64,000 nt of DNA from Acidimicrobiia bacterium UBA4744 (GCA_002403855.1 DHIO01000026.1:183627-247626); one strand, 5' to 3'. Counted from the stretch's first letter, positions 36,896 to 49,116 are shown. Program-made: numbers and translations. Notes: generated from the letters alone by a model not told the origin.

Positions 36896-37501
36896 TTGGA
36901 GAAGATCGACTTCAAGAAGGAGTATCGCGAGCTCTACACGGCACCGAAAGGCAACCCGGTGATCGTCGAGGTCCCGCCGCTCCAATACCTGATGGTCGAT
37001 GGATCCGGCGATCCCAACACCAGCCCCCGTTTTCGGGACTGCATGGCCGGGCTCTATCCGGTGGCGTTCACATTGCGGTTTGCAGTCAAGGCCGAGGAAC
37101 AGATCGCCTACTCGGTGATGCCCCTCCAGGGACTGTGGTGGCTCCCGGGAGAAGACTTCGACTTCAGCGTGAAGGATCGTTGGCTCTGGACGCTCATGAT
37201 CATGCAGCCCGACTACGTCACCGAGCCGCGATTCGAGGCAGCCCGAGAGTCTGCCAAGAACAAGGAGTCCCTGTCGATCTTCGATGAGTTACGGCTCGAG
37301 GTCTTCGAGGAAGGGGTGGCCGCGCAGATCATGCATATCGGCCCGTACGCGGACGAGGCCCCTACGATCGAGAAGCTGCACGAGTTCATTCACCAAGAGG
37401 GCCATTCGCTGCGCGGCAAGCACCACGAGATCTACCTCGGCGACCCGAACCGGTCGGCCCCGGAGAAGCTCAAGACGATTATCCGCCAACCCATCGAGTA
37501 G
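36896..37501 (+). CDS. GyrI-like small-molecule-binding domain protein
   Basis: (M)[18 protein letters not shown]... start and [20 protein letters not shown]...[27 protein letters not shown] are typical of this family. TTG 36896 is preceded by GAGGAGGGA. Confidence 0.75.
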   Translation: MEKIDFKKEYRELYTAPKGNPVIVEVPPLQYLMVDGSGDPNTSPRFRDCMAGLYPVAFTLRFAVKAEEQIAYSVMPLQGLWWLPGEDFDFSVKDRWLWTLMIMQPDYVTEPRFEAARESAKNKESLSIFDELRLEVFEEGVAAQIMHIGPYADEAPTIEKLHEFIHQEGHSLRGKHHEIYLGDPNRSAPEKLKTIIRQPIE

Positions 37502-37605
37502 ACCGGGCTTGGGCATGTCTCTCGGCGAGGACCACCGGGTACTTCAGGGACACTGTTCCTTCTGTTCTCGTAGCATGCCGGAACGCGCAAGCAAGGGAGC
37601 CACAG

Positions 37606-39561
<1,956 letters not shown>

Positions 39562-39627
39562 GGATCCTCCTGAGGGAGGAGGTCCCTCCTCCGGGTAACG
39601 TGTGACCGCGGCGGAAGGAGTGTGCCG

Positions 39628-40341
39628 ATGAAATGGCGGATGATGGCGGCAGTCTTCGTCGCGGTCGCTGTCGTCGGTGCCTGTTCGTCGACGCGGGACA
39701 CGACCACCACGGCGCCACCTACGGCTGCCGAGGTGCTGGCGCGAGCGGCGGAAACCATGGGTTCGGTCGAGACGGTTCAGTTCAGTATCGAGCGAGGTGG
39801 AGACCCGGTCTATATCGACACCCAGGGTTTTCTCGAGTTTGTGAGCGCCACGGGACGTTACGCGGCTCCGGGAGCAGCGGACGCGGTCGTCACCGTGAGC
39901 GCAGTGGGACTCAATACCGAGGTCGGAGCGGTGGTCATCGAGGGTGAAACCTGGCTCACCAACCCCATCACGGGGAGTTGGGAGCCGACTCCCCCCGGCT
40001 ATACGTTCGACCCGGCAACTCTGTTCGACCCGGAGGTGGGCTTCCGGGCCATGTTGCAGGAAGGAATCCTCAGCGTCGAGGACGTGGGTGACGAGATCAT
40101 CGAGGAGGAGTCTCTCCGCCATGTCCGGTTCACCGCATCCGGAGCACGAGTCGAGGTCGTTACCGCCGGCTTGGTGAGCGGCGTGGATGTCACGGTTGAT
40201 GCATGGATCGAACCCGATTCGGGCGAACTCCGAAGAGCCACCTTCTCGACGCCGATCGGTTCCGCGGCGACCGACTGGGACTTGAGGCTCTTCAACTACG
40301 GCGCCGAGATCACGATCACCCCTCCGGACCTTGAAGGATGA
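39628..40341 (+). CDS. lprG: LppX/LprAFG-family lipoprotein (LprG-like)
   Basis: Signal peptide MKWRMMAAVFVAVAVVGAC with a lipobox. Size and position immediately upstream of a 14-TM MFS gene (4-bp overlap) match the mycobacterial lprG-p55 operon. GGAAGGAG lies 7 nt before ATG 39628. Confidence 0.75.
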   Translation: MKWRMMAAVFVAVAVVGACSSTRDTTTTAPPTAAEVLARAAETMGSVETVQFSIERGGDPVYIDTQGFLEFVSATGRYAAPGAADAVVTVSAVGLNTEVGAVVIEGETWLTNPITGSWEPTPPGYTFDPATLFDPEVGFRAMLQEGILSVEDVGDEIIEEESLRHVRFTASGARVEVVTAGLVSGVDVTVDAWIEPDSGELRRATFSTPIGSAATDWDLRLFNYGAEITITPPDLEG

Positions 40342-41858
40342 GCCGGAAGGCTTCGCCCAACCTCGTTCTCGCAGTTGTCGGATTCGGTGTGTTCATCGCG
40401 GCGGATGACCTGACCGTGGTAGCCACCATGCTCCGTCCGATCATCGGTGACCTGGGAATCGTTCTGCCCGATGGCCTCAACCAGATGGCCTGGATCGTCA
40501 ACGCCTACCTGATCGCCTACGTAGCCGTGATGCCGTTCATGGGCCGGCTCAGCGATGTCCTCGGCCGGCGACGCACCTACATCGCTTCTCTGGTTCTCTT
40601 CCTGGCCGGTTCGCTCGTCGTCCCGTTCGCGCCCAACTACGGGGTCTTCCTGGTCGGCCGGGTGCTCACCGCCATGGGGGGCGGGGCACTGGTACCGATC
40701 GGACTGGCGATCGTCGCCGATGTGTTCGCCGAAAACCGCCGGGCCCGGGCCCTCGGGACCTTGGGGGCCATCGACACCCTGGGGTGGGTGTGGGGTCCGC
40801 TCTACGGAGCCATGCTCGTTCGGTTCCTCTCCTGGCGCTGGCAATTCTATCTGAACGTCCCTTTGGCCATTCTCGGCATCGTGGCGGCCTGGTACGTTCT
40901 GGATCGGGCCGGCAAGTCCGGCCGCGCTCGCATCGACTGGGTGGGGGCCGTCACTCTGACGGTTGGCCTCGTGGCTCTCAACGTCGCTCTCCTCGAATCA
41001 GCTCAAATCCAGAGCATCACCGGCCTGGAAGAGTTGACCGGGGCTGCTCGCGGCCCGATGTGGTGGCTGCTGGGATTGGCGGCCGTCGCCATCGCCGCCT
41101 TCGTCGCCCAAGAGACCCGCACCAAGAACCCGTTGGTTCCCCTGCAGCTCTTCAAGGGCCGCAATCTCACCATCGCCGTCATCGTCAACTTCCTGGTCGG
41201 GGCCACCTTGGTCATTGCCATGGTCGACGTGCCGCTATTCGTCAACGTGATGGAATCCGGCATCGAGCGGGCGGCGGTGATTTCTGGATGGGTTCTCAGT
41301 GCCCTCACCGCGGCGATGGCCGTCGCGTCCTACACCGGCGGCAGGATGACCGAACGCTGGTCGTACCGCCCGCCCATCCTGTTCGGCTTGGCCGCCGTCC
41401 TGGCCGGATTCCTGCTCATGGGTACGGGTTGGAACCCCGACACCCCCTACCTGCGAATGGCCTGGCAGCTAGCACTGCTGGGCACCGGTTTCGGGTTGGT
41501 GTTTGCACCGATCAACGCGGCAGTGGTCGATTCGGCTCCGCCGGATGAGCGAGGCGTGGCGGCGAGCTTGGTCATGGTGCTCAGGCTCATCGGGCTGAGT
41601 GTGGGTCTGTCCGGGCTCACCGCCTGGGGCATCCACCGTTACGAAGAGCTGCGCAAGACGATTGTGTTGCCACCGATCGGGGACCCCGGCTACCAGGAGG
41701 CGCTCCAACGCGCCCAGGAGGAGCTGACCACTTCCGCCCTGGCCGAAACCTTTCTAGCGGCGGGGGCGGTCATCGCCCTCGGCATTCTTGTGACGATGCT
41801 CATGCGGCCCGGACAGCCGGTCTCCGCGTCGCCGCGCAGCACACCCCACTCCGGCTGA
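40338..41858 (+). CDS. MFS transporter, DHA2 (14-TM) family, P55/Rv1410c-like
   Basis: 506 aa with ~14 TM helices. MFS motif GRLSDVLGRRR. Translationally coupled to the LprG-like gene. Confidence 0.85.
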   Translation: MSRKASPNLVLAVVGFGVFIAADDLTVVATMLRPIIGDLGIVLPDGLNQMAWIVNAYLIAYVAVMPFMGRLSDVLGRRRTYIASLVLFLAGSLVVPFAPNYGVFLVGRVLTAMGGGALVPIGLAIVADVFAENRRARALGTLGAIDTLGWVWGPLYGAMLVRFLSWRWQFYLNVPLAILGIVAAWYVLDRAGKSGRARIDWVGAVTLTVGLVALNVALLESAQIQSITGLEELTGAARGPMWWLLGLAAVAIAAFVAQETRTKNPLVPLQLFKGRNLTIAVIVNFLVGATLVIAMVDVPLFVNVMESGIERAAVISGWVLSALTAAMAVASYTGGRMTERWSYRPPILFGLAAVLAGFLLMGTGWNPDTPYLRMAWQLALLGTGFGLVFAPINAAVVDSAPPDERGVAASLVMVLRLIGLSVGLSGLTAWGIHRYEELRKTIVLPPIGDPGYQEALQRAQEELTTSALAETFLAAGAVIALGILVTMLMRPGQPVSASPRSTPHSG

Positions 41859-41866
41859 CCCGTCGG

Positions 41867-42292
41867 TCAGGAAGCTCCTGGTTGCTCGGCGTCTCGCAAA
41901 CGCTGCGTGACGTGTACCAGTAGCTTGTAGGAGAGCGCCGCGTCTTCCCGTACGAGCTTCCGGAAATCCATGCCGGGCAGGAACAACATGGTCGCAGGGT
42001 CCGTGACCGTCACCGTTGCCGACCTCGGACCACGGTCGATGAGCGCGAGTTCGCCAAAGAAGGCTCCCGGCTCCAGGATCCGCCGCGTTCGCCCACGGAC
42101 GGCGACCTTCGCCGTTCCGGACAGAATGATGTGGAAACCCAGCCCCTCGTGACCCTGTTCCACGACCACATGCCCGGCAGGATGGCGGACCTCCTTCGCC
42201 AGATTGGCCAGTTTCCTCAACTGGTGTTTCGAGAGGTCCTCAAAGAGGGGCACACTCCCAAGGATTCCGATCCGCTCCTTGATGGTCGCCAT
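41867..42292 (-). CDS. stand-alone cyclic nucleotide-binding domain protein
   Basis: FGELALIDRGPRSATV phosphate-binding cassette. 141 aa from ATG 42292, with GGAAGGAG SD. Confidence 0.85.
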   Translation of the reverse strand: MATIKERIGILGSVPLFEDLSKHQLRKLANLAKEVRHPAGHVVVEQGHEGLGFHIILSGTAKVAVRGRTRRILEPGAFFGELALIDRGPRSATVTVTDPATMLFLPGMDFRKLVREDAALSYKLLVHVTQRLRDAEQPGAS

Positions 42293-42355
42293 CCCGACTC
42301 CTTCCAGTCTGTGCATGAGGCTACCCCGCGCGGCAGGACCGTAGACTCGTAGACG

Positions 42356-45300
42356 ATGGCAGCCAGCTGCGCCCATTGTGGAGCTGAAATCGCGGCCGAC
42401 TCCCGCTACTGCGGAACGTGTGGAGCCGCCGTTGGCAACCCGTGCCCGCAATGCGAAACCCGCCTCCCGCCGGGAGCCGCATTCTGCCCGGACTGCGGCA
42501 TGGACCTACGCGACAGACCTGCCCCACGTGAACGTAAGCTGGTGACCATCCTCTTCGCCGACATCAGCGGATCGACAGGTCTGGGCGAAAAACTCGATCC
42601 CGAACAATTCCGGGAAGTCACCGGAGCCTTCTTCGATACGATGCGAACTCAGATCGAGTCCTACGGCGGCACTGTGGAGAAGTTCATCGGGGACGCGGTC
42701 ATGGCCGTGTTCGGGGTCCCCATTGCCCACGACGACGATCCCGACCGTGCCCTCGGCGCCGCCCACGGCATGATGGAGAGTCTTGTCGAGCTGAATGCCC
42801 AGCTCGAAAGAACCCACGGAGTTGTGCTCTCTGCCCGGGTCGGCATCAATTCCGGTGAGGTGGTGGCTTCCACTCCCGCTCGGCCCGACATGGGTCAGGT
42901 TGCCGGAGATGCGGTGAACGTCGCTGCGCGGTTGGAACAGATCGCCGAGACCGGACAGGTGCTGGTGGCGGAACGGACCGTTCGGGCCAGCCGCCGGTTC
43001 CGTTTTCGGGACCTCGGACCCTCTACCCTCCGGGGCCGCGACCAGGCGGTCCGCGTCCACGAACTCCTCGGTCCCACCAACGACGGATTGGTGGCACCAC
43101 TCCTCCGCGCCCCGATGGTCGGCCGCGAGAACGAGTTGACACTCCTCGGCGCAATGATCAGGCGCGTCGTCGAGGAGCAACACCCCCACTTGGTCACCAT
43201 CTACGGCGAGGCTGGAATCGGCAAGAGCCGGTTGGCCGATGAGTTCCACAGCGCACTGCGGGATGCGAAGACACCCGCGCTCGTGCTGAGCGGTCGTTGT
43301 CTCCCGTACGGAGAGGAGAGCACGTACCGGCCACTGGTGGAGATCCTCAAGAGCCACGCGGGCATACTCGACAACGACCCGCCGCAATTGGTCCTCGACA
43401 AGATCCGAAAGATCAAAGAGACGCTGCTCGAGGGCGGTACAGAACGTATGGCCGCCGCACTGGGCTGCACGATCGGCATCGAGGACGAACGGTTCTCGTT
43501 CCGTGGCCTGTCGCCGAGGCAGATCGAAGATGAGATCCAAACGGCCTGGCGGCATTTCTTCTCCTCCTTGGCATCGCTACGTCCTCTGGTCGTAGAGATC
43601 GAAGACCTCCACTTCGCCGACCAGGCAATGCTGACCCTCCTCGAGTTCCTGGCAGACCGAACGCCCGGGCCGGTGCTGTTCGTGTGCACCGCGCGGCCGG
43701 AACTGTCCAACACCGCTCCCGAATGGGGCGGAGGCAAGAGAAGCTTCTCGAGCATCATGCTCGACCCGCTGACCGAGGACCAGGCGAGCCGACTGGTTGA
43801 GTTGCTGCTGGAAATCGACGAGATGCCGGCATCTGTACGATCAGAGATCCTGCGACGTGCGGAGGGAAACCCCTTCTTCATCGAGGAGATCCTCCGCCAG
43901 CTGATCGATGAGGGTTGCATCGTCCGTTCCGGGCACCGGTGGAAAGCTGCCGAGAAGATCTCGAAGGTGCAGATACCAGATACGGTTCAAGCAGTCCTGG
44001 CGGCTCGCATCGATCTGCTCTCCACCGCCGAGAAGCGGGCGCTGCAGTGTGCTGCCGTCGTCGGCCGAGCCTTCTGGACGGGGTCGGTGGCATACTTGCT
44101 CGAGGTCGGCCAGACTCAGGCATCCCTCCTTCTGGACAAGCTGGAGGATCGCGACCTGATCCTTTCGCGGCTGGGAACGACTCTCGTAGGAGAGCAGGAG
44201 TACAGCTTCAAGCACGTTCTCGCTCGCGATGTTGCCTTCGACAGTCTTTCTCTCCGAGAGCGGACGAACCTTCACCGCCGAGCGGCCGACTGGATCGAAA
44301 ACGTAAGCGGCGAGCGCTGGCGCGAGGTGGTAGAGGTGCTGGCGTACCATCTCTCCCAGGCATGTGACGGACTCCAAGACGATACGGCGGTGCAAGCCGA
44401 GGAGTTGGAGGAGATACGGCGACGCGCCGTCCACTATCTGTTGTTGGCCTCCGAAAGTGCCCGCCTGAAGATGGCGCTGGAGACCGCCCGCCGCTACGCA
44501 CGAGAAGGCCGCCAACTGTCCGACTCACCCGAGGAGGAGGCCAAGGCCCTCGAGGCGCTCGGTGAAGCGTTCTTCTTCGGATACATGGGTGACGCTGCCT
44601 GGCAGCACCTGAAGGAAGCGATCGATCTGCACCTCCAGCTTGGCGACCAATCAGACCGTTACCTCGCCCGCGTATGCGCCCGGGCGCTCGAAACACCCGT
44701 GCGTTGGCCGGGATCGATGCAGTCGGTTCCGGCCGAGGCCGAAGTCTATCGGTATCTGCAGATCGGATTCGATCATGCAGGCACTGCGGACAACCCAGAG
44801 CTCGCTCGTCTACTGACCCTCAAAGCCTTCTGGCCGCACGCCTTCCCCAGACCGGCAGAGCGGTCAACCGAAGCGCTGGTTCCACCGGCCGAGTCCCTGG
44901 CGGCTGGAAAAGAGGCCGTCACCATGGCCGAACGGCTCCAGCGGGTCGATCTCGAGTCCGGTGCATTGGACGGCGTCGGGGCAAACTACATCCCGGAAGA
45001 CCGCTACGACCGGGCCCTCGAGGTCACGAATCGCCGCCTCAGACTCACCGAGGTGATCGACGACCCCTGGGAGCTGGGTGATATCTACGCGATGGGCGGC
45101 TGGGTGAACTTTCATCTGGGCCGCTATCGGGACGCGTTCTCCAGCGCCGATATCGGGTTCAAACGGACCTTCGAACGAGTCCCCAGCGTGGCCCTGCATT
45201 GTCTCAGTTGGAGAGCGCTCTCTCAATACCGGCTCGGCGAATGGGACGGGACGCTGGCAGACCTGGATCTGGGTGCATCGATGCTGGGCGACCGAAGCGA

Positions 45301-45949
45301 CGCTCCACCCCATTTCGTATCTCCAATGTACGCGGCGGCCGTGTTGGTGCACGAGATCAGAGGTGACCGAACCGCCGCCGATCGCATCTTGGCCCTTCTG
45401 AAGAATCTGGACAAGAGTGCCGAGCCGCGAGACCGCGATACGACGCCCTTGGGTCGTTGGGCGTCCTTCCTGGCTCCGGCCCTGGCCCGACGCGGCAGTC
45501 TGCCAGAGGCTCGCCGGTTGCTGATGGAGACGGCCTGGCGCAGCGGCACTCGGGCGGGACTCTTGTTGGAAGCACAGTGCGAGATCGCCGCAGATACCGG
45601 CGCGTGGCATGAGGTGGACGATCTGCTGGTGCGCTCCCGTGCAGAGGCCGCCCGGTGCGGCCTGGAAGCCCTGCCGCGGTCGGCGGACCGGCTCGAAGGC
45701 ATGAGGGCACTCCAGGCGGGAAACACCGAGGACGCAATCAGGCTGCTCGAGCAGGCAAGCATGGGTTTTGCGCGACTGGGAGCTCGGTGGGACCAGGCGC
45801 GTTCGGATCTCTCCCTCGCGCAGGCCCTGAAGGAATCCGGCCGCAGGGAGGAAGCCCTGGCAGTGCTGCGTCCGGCCATCGCCTTCTTCGCAGAAGTGGG
45901 CGCAACGACGGAGCACAAGGCGGCCCTCCGGATCGCCGACCCGAGCTGA
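42356..45949 (+). CDS. double zinc-ribbon / class III adenylate-guanylate cyclase / AAA(STAND) ATPase / TPR protein
   Basis: N-terminal CAHCG...CGTCG...CPQC...CPDCG. Cyclase core LVTILFADISGST...GGTVEKFIGDAVMAVFG...RVGINSGEV. Walker A YGEAGIGKSRL. Long C-terminal TPR-like helical repeats. No LuxR HTH. Confidence 0.9.
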   Translation: MAASCAHCGAEIAADSRYCGTCGAAVGNPCPQCETRLPPGAAFCPDCGMDLRDRPAPRERKLVTILFADISGSTGLGEKLDPEQFREVTGAFFDTMRTQIESYGGTVEKFIGDAVMAVFGVPIAHDDDPDRALGAAHGMMESLVELNAQLERTHGVVLSARVGINSGEVVASTPARPDMGQVAGDAVNVAARLEQIAETGQVLVAERTVRASRRFRFRDLGPSTLRGRDQAVRVHELLGPTNDGLVAPLLRAPMVGRENELTLLGAMIRRVVEEQHPHLVTIYGEAGIGKSRLADEFHSALRDAKTPALVLSGRCLPYGEESTYRPLVEILKSHAGILDNDPPQLVLDKIRKIKETLLEGGTERMAAALGCTIGIEDERFSFRGLSPRQIEDEIQTAWRHFFSSLASLRPLVVEIEDLHFADQAMLTLLEFLADRTPGPVLFVCTARPELSNTAPEWGGGKRSFSSIMLDPLTEDQASRLVELLLEIDEMPASVRSEILRRAEGNPFFIEEILRQLIDEGCIVRSGHRWKAAEKISKVQIPDTVQAVLAARIDLLSTAEKRALQCAAVVGRAFWTGSVAYLLEVGQTQASLLLDKLEDRDLILSRLGTTLVGEQEYSFKHVLARDVAFDSLSLRERTNLHRRAADWIENVSGERWREVVEVLAYHLSQACDGLQDDTAVQAEELEEIRRRAVHYLLLASESARLKMALETARRYAREGRQLSDSPEEEAKALEALGEAFFFGYMGDAAWQHLKEAIDLHLQLGDQSDRYLARVCARALETPVRWPGSMQSVPAEAEVYRYLQIGFDHAGTADNPELARLLTLKAFWPHAFPRPAERSTEALVPPAESLAAGKEAVTMAERLQRVDLESGALDGVGANYIPEDRYDRALEVTNRRLRLTEVIDDPWELGDIYAMGGWVNFHLGRYRDAFSSADIGFKRTFERVPSVALHCLSWRALSQYRLGEWDGTLADLDLGASMLGDRSDAPPHFVSPMYAAAVLVHEIRGDRTAADRILALLKNLDKSAEPRDRDTTPLGRWASFLAPALARRGSLPEARRLLMETAWRSGTRAGLLLEAQCEIAADTGAWHEVDDLLVRSRAEAARCGLEALPRSADRLEGMRALQAGNTEDAIRLLEQASMGFARLGARWDQARSDLSLAQALKESGRREEALAVLRPAIAFFAEVGATTEHKAALRIADPS

Positions 45950-46018
45950 AGTTCCGCAACGAGAGGATCGCGGGGTACTGCGGCCGGATCCGACCCAGTC
46001 CCCGGCGGGGAGCCCTTC

Positions 46019-46639
46019 TCAGGGCGACTCGAGCGGATGGCGGGCCAACGCCTCGGACCGCACCTTGATGCCGAGCATGCACTTACGCATCATCACGATG
46101 TCGCCGAACTCAACGAGGAGATCGAACCCGAGCCGGGGACGAAACCACTGGTACCGAATCCGGACTCGGGTGATCAACCGGGTGGAGGTCTCGTCGATGG
46201 GGTCGAGGAGCCACAGCCAGGAGGAGTGTCCCGCATCATCAATCCACACCATCCACTCGAGAGGTTTGAAGTTCCACACCTTCAGGCCGTACTTGCCGTT
46301 CGGACTGATCGGTATCAGATCCCCGACCTCCAACTGCTGCAGCTCCGGGATGATTTCGGTAGCACTCGGTCGCCCGAGATTGTCGAGCCAGTCGTAGCTG
46401 TACCAGCCGGCTCGGTTGATCCCGATCTGCAGAAGCCACGGCCAGATGTGTTCCGGTCCGGCACCCACCGTTACCGCCCGGGTGGCATTGAAAGTCGGCC
46501 GCTCGACCAGCTCGTCGCCGGGCATCGACCGGGCTACCTCTTCACCGTCGGCGCCCCACCGGAGCTGTCGGGGCCGGACGATGCCGAAGTAGAAACCGGC
46601 CATGCCGAGGGCGACCAACCCTGGGTAGCGAATCCCCAC
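46019..46639 (-). CDS. SRPBCC-superfamily protein with N-terminal TM segment
   Basis: Length and pattern (...AVTVGAGPEHIWPWLLQIGINRAGWYSYDWLDN...) are typical of actinobacterial SRPBCC proteins. Confidence 0.6.
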   Translation of the reverse strand: MGIRYPGLVALGMAGFYFGIVRPRQLRWGADGEEVARSMPGDELVERPTFNATRAVTVGAGPEHIWPWLLQIGINRAGWYSYDWLDNLGRPSATEIIPELQQLEVGDLIPISPNGKYGLKVWNFKPLEWMVWIDDAGHSSWLWLLDPIDETSTRLITRVRIRYQWFRPRLGFDLLVEFGDIVMMRKCMLGIKVRSEALARHPLESP

Positions 46640-46642
46640 CCC

Positions 46643-47119
46643 TTACACCTGCTTGGGAACGCCCCCCGTCCAACCGAACACGTAGCGCATGCACCTGTGA
46701 GCAAAATCGGATGTGGGGTCGAACATCAAGGGGCAACCGCCGTCGATGACCGTGATCCCCTTTTCTCGCCCGGATGCGGTCGCCTCCGGAGAGACGCTGC
46801 CCTGTCCGAACGACCGATGCATCCACACGTGCTTGACCCCGAGCTCATCGCACTCCTGCATCGTCGCCTCGGCTCTATCCGGACGGGTGCCGATGACCAC
46901 GGCTTCTACTCCCCCGGGGATGGAAGCGAGATTGTGGTAGCACGGATCGCCCTCAACCTGGTCGGCATTCGGGTTGACCGCAAACACTTCGTAACCGCGC
47001 TCCTTCAGCCGTTGATACACGATGTTGCTGCCGTGCCCCTGCGGCTTGCGGGAAACTCCTGTGACTGCGATCCGCTTGTGGGCCAGGAAATCCGTGGCCG
47101 CTTCCTTCACGGTGACCAT
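46643..47119 (-). CDS. CoA-binding domain protein (YccU-like)
   Basis: KRIAVTGVSRKPQGHGSNIVYQRLKERGYEVFAVNP Rossmann start. ~158 aa. Confidence 0.8.
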   Translation of the reverse strand: MVTVKEAATDFLAHKRIAVTGVSRKPQGHGSNIVYQRLKERGYEVFAVNPNADQVEGDPCYHNLASIPGGVEAVVIGTRPDRAEATMQECDELGVKHVWMHRSFGQGSVSPEATASGREKGITVIDGGCPLMFDPTSDFAHRCMRYVFGWTGGVPKQV

Positions 47120-47247
47120 CTCCACCTCTCCTAGTCGACTGCCTCAGTATCTCCCCCGGGCCTTGCCCGGCAACAGGGTCGAAGGTCAACTCTGCCTCCT
47201 GCACGGCAGCATGGGGTTAGGCTGCCGGCTCGGCCGAAAAGGCACCG

Positions 47248-48099
47248 ATGGCCGCAGAGTGGACGATTGACGGCAAGGTGAGCATCGTGACCGGCTCCAA
47301 CACCGGACTCGGCCGGGTCACCGCGCTCGAGCTGGCGCGGCGTGGCTCACGTGTCATCCTGGCTTCCCGCTCCGTAGAGCGGACCGCTCCGGTGGTTGAT
47401 GAGATCACCTCCGAAGTCGGACGTAATCGCGCTGAGCTTCTCGAACTCGACCTGTCATCTCTGGCTTCCGTGAAGAGGTGCGCCGACGCCTTCCAGGCCA
47501 AAGGCGTGGGCCTCCACCTGCTCGTCAACAACGCCGGGCTGGCCGGCCGGAGAGGGCTGACCCGGGAAGGATTCGAGATCACATTTGGCGTCAACTATCT
47601 GGGGCACTACCTCCTCACTCGCCTCCTGCTGGAGCGGATGATCGGATCCGCTCCGGGACGGATCGTCCACGTCACCAGCTCGGTGCACCACCGGGTGGAG
47701 AGGATCGAATGGGATCGCTTGCGACGACGACCCCTGCTACCGAGGGCGAGCGAGTACGCCGTCTCAAAACTGGCGAACATACTGTTCAACCGGGAGCTGG
47801 CCAAGCGGCTCGGCGGAACGGCCGTCACCACCTATGCCGCCCACCCCGGTCTGGCCGCTTCCGACATCTACCGGGTGGTACCCCGGCCGTTCAGGAGTCT
47901 CATGACGCGCTCCATGCCCACACCCGAAGAGGCGGCCCGAACTCAGGTGTGGTGTGCGACCGCTCCGGAGCTGTCCGGCGAGAGCGGCTTGTACTACGCC
48001 GGTTTGGCACGGAAGGATCCCAGCCCTACCGCAATGGACGATGCCCTGGCCGCCGAGCTCTGGGCTCGCAGCGAGGAATGGGTGAGCGACTACCTATGA
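47248..48099 (+). CDS. SDR family oxidoreductase (retinol-dehydrogenase-like)
   Basis: VTGSNTGLGR cofactor loop, NNAG, and catalytic YAVSKLANILF. Confidence 0.85.
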   Translation: MAAEWTIDGKVSIVTGSNTGLGRVTALELARRGSRVILASRSVERTAPVVDEITSEVGRNRAELLELDLSSLASVKRCADAFQAKGVGLHLLVNNAGLAGRRGLTREGFEITFGVNYLGHYLLTRLLLERMIGSAPGRIVHVTSSVHHRVERIEWDRLRRRPLLPRASEYAVSKLANILFNRELAKRLGGTAVTTYAAHPGLAASDIYRVVPRPFRSLMTRSMPTPEEAARTQVWCATAPELSGESGLYYAGLARKDPSPTAMDDALAAELWARSEEWVSDYL

Positions 48100-48538
48100 A
48101 GGCGTTGCCGGTCTGCCCAACAACGCCACCCGATTGCTTCTGAGAAGAGGTCGGTCGACGACGAACAGCCCCTCCCGGGCGTCGCGATCGGTCCGAAGCG
48201 CTCGCCCCCCACCTCCGTGAGCACTCGCTCCGCGATCGAGCTCTCCGGTACGTCGCACATCTCGCCGAGGAATCCGGCCGCCAACTCGCGCACCAAGGCG
48301 AAAGCGAGCGGAGCTTCCGATACGAATGCCGGTACCCGGTTGGTCAACCGGACTGGTTCGACGACCTCGCCGGGATTGGACATATGAACAGCTTCGGGGT
48401 CGACACGGCAGGCGAACTGTACGTCGCCACCTGGTCGGGGACAGTGGCCCGCATTGTTCCGGTACGCTGAGCGAAGAGTCCGTTGGACTCTGGTGTCGAC
48501 GTTCCTAGAAACCCGTAGACGTCTACCGAAGGCGAACC

Positions 48539-49045
48539 GTGAAGCGGCTTCTGAGGGTACTGGCTGCTGTCATTGTGGCCTTACTGGTGCTTCTCATGAC
48601 CATTGGAATGCTGTTCCGCAGCGGTTCAGATCGCGTCATGAACGGCATCAAGATATTCAACAAACGCTTCCTCAACCCCACCATGTTGAGGTTCGCCGGC
48701 AGCGAAGGGTTCTACGCCGCCGCCCTCCATCATGCCGGCCGCCGTTCGGGCCGACCCTATGTCACGCCGGTGCGAGCGGAGCCGACCCCCGACGGCTTCG
48801 TCATTCCGCTTCCCTACGGAACCGATGTTGATTGGCTCAAGAATGTGTTGGCGGCGGGAGAAGCAACGCTGGTCACGAGAGGGACCACGGTCGGTGTAGA
48901 TCGGCCCCAGGTCATCCCTGCGGCGGAGGCCGGTCGGTACCTGCCGGTCCGACTGAGGCGGCAGCTCGACGGGTACGGAGTGGACGAGTATCTGCGGCTC
49001 CACGCCACCGACCCGAACGCCCTCACCGACCGCCCCCCGTCGTAG
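48539..49045 (+). CDS. deazaflavin-dependent nitroreductase family protein with N-terminal membrane anchor
   Basis: TM LLRVLAAVIVALLVLLMTIGML, then FNKRFLNPTMLRF, HAGRRSGRPYVTPV and YGTDVDWLKNVLAAG. It is a paralogue of 33160-33549. Confidence 0.8.
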   Translation: MKRLLRVLAAVIVALLVLLMTIGMLFRSGSDRVMNGIKIFNKRFLNPTMLRFAGSEGFYAAALHHAGRRSGRPYVTPVRAEPTPDGFVIPLPYGTDVDWLKNVLAAGEATLVTRGTTVGVDRPQVIPAAEAGRYLPVRLRRQLDGYGVDEYLRLHATDPNALTDRPPS

Positions 49046-49116
49046 CTCGTAGCCAGGTCGGGGGAAACCCCTGAGGACGACACCCGACCCTCAGGGATCT
49101 TGGAGGGTGACACCTC

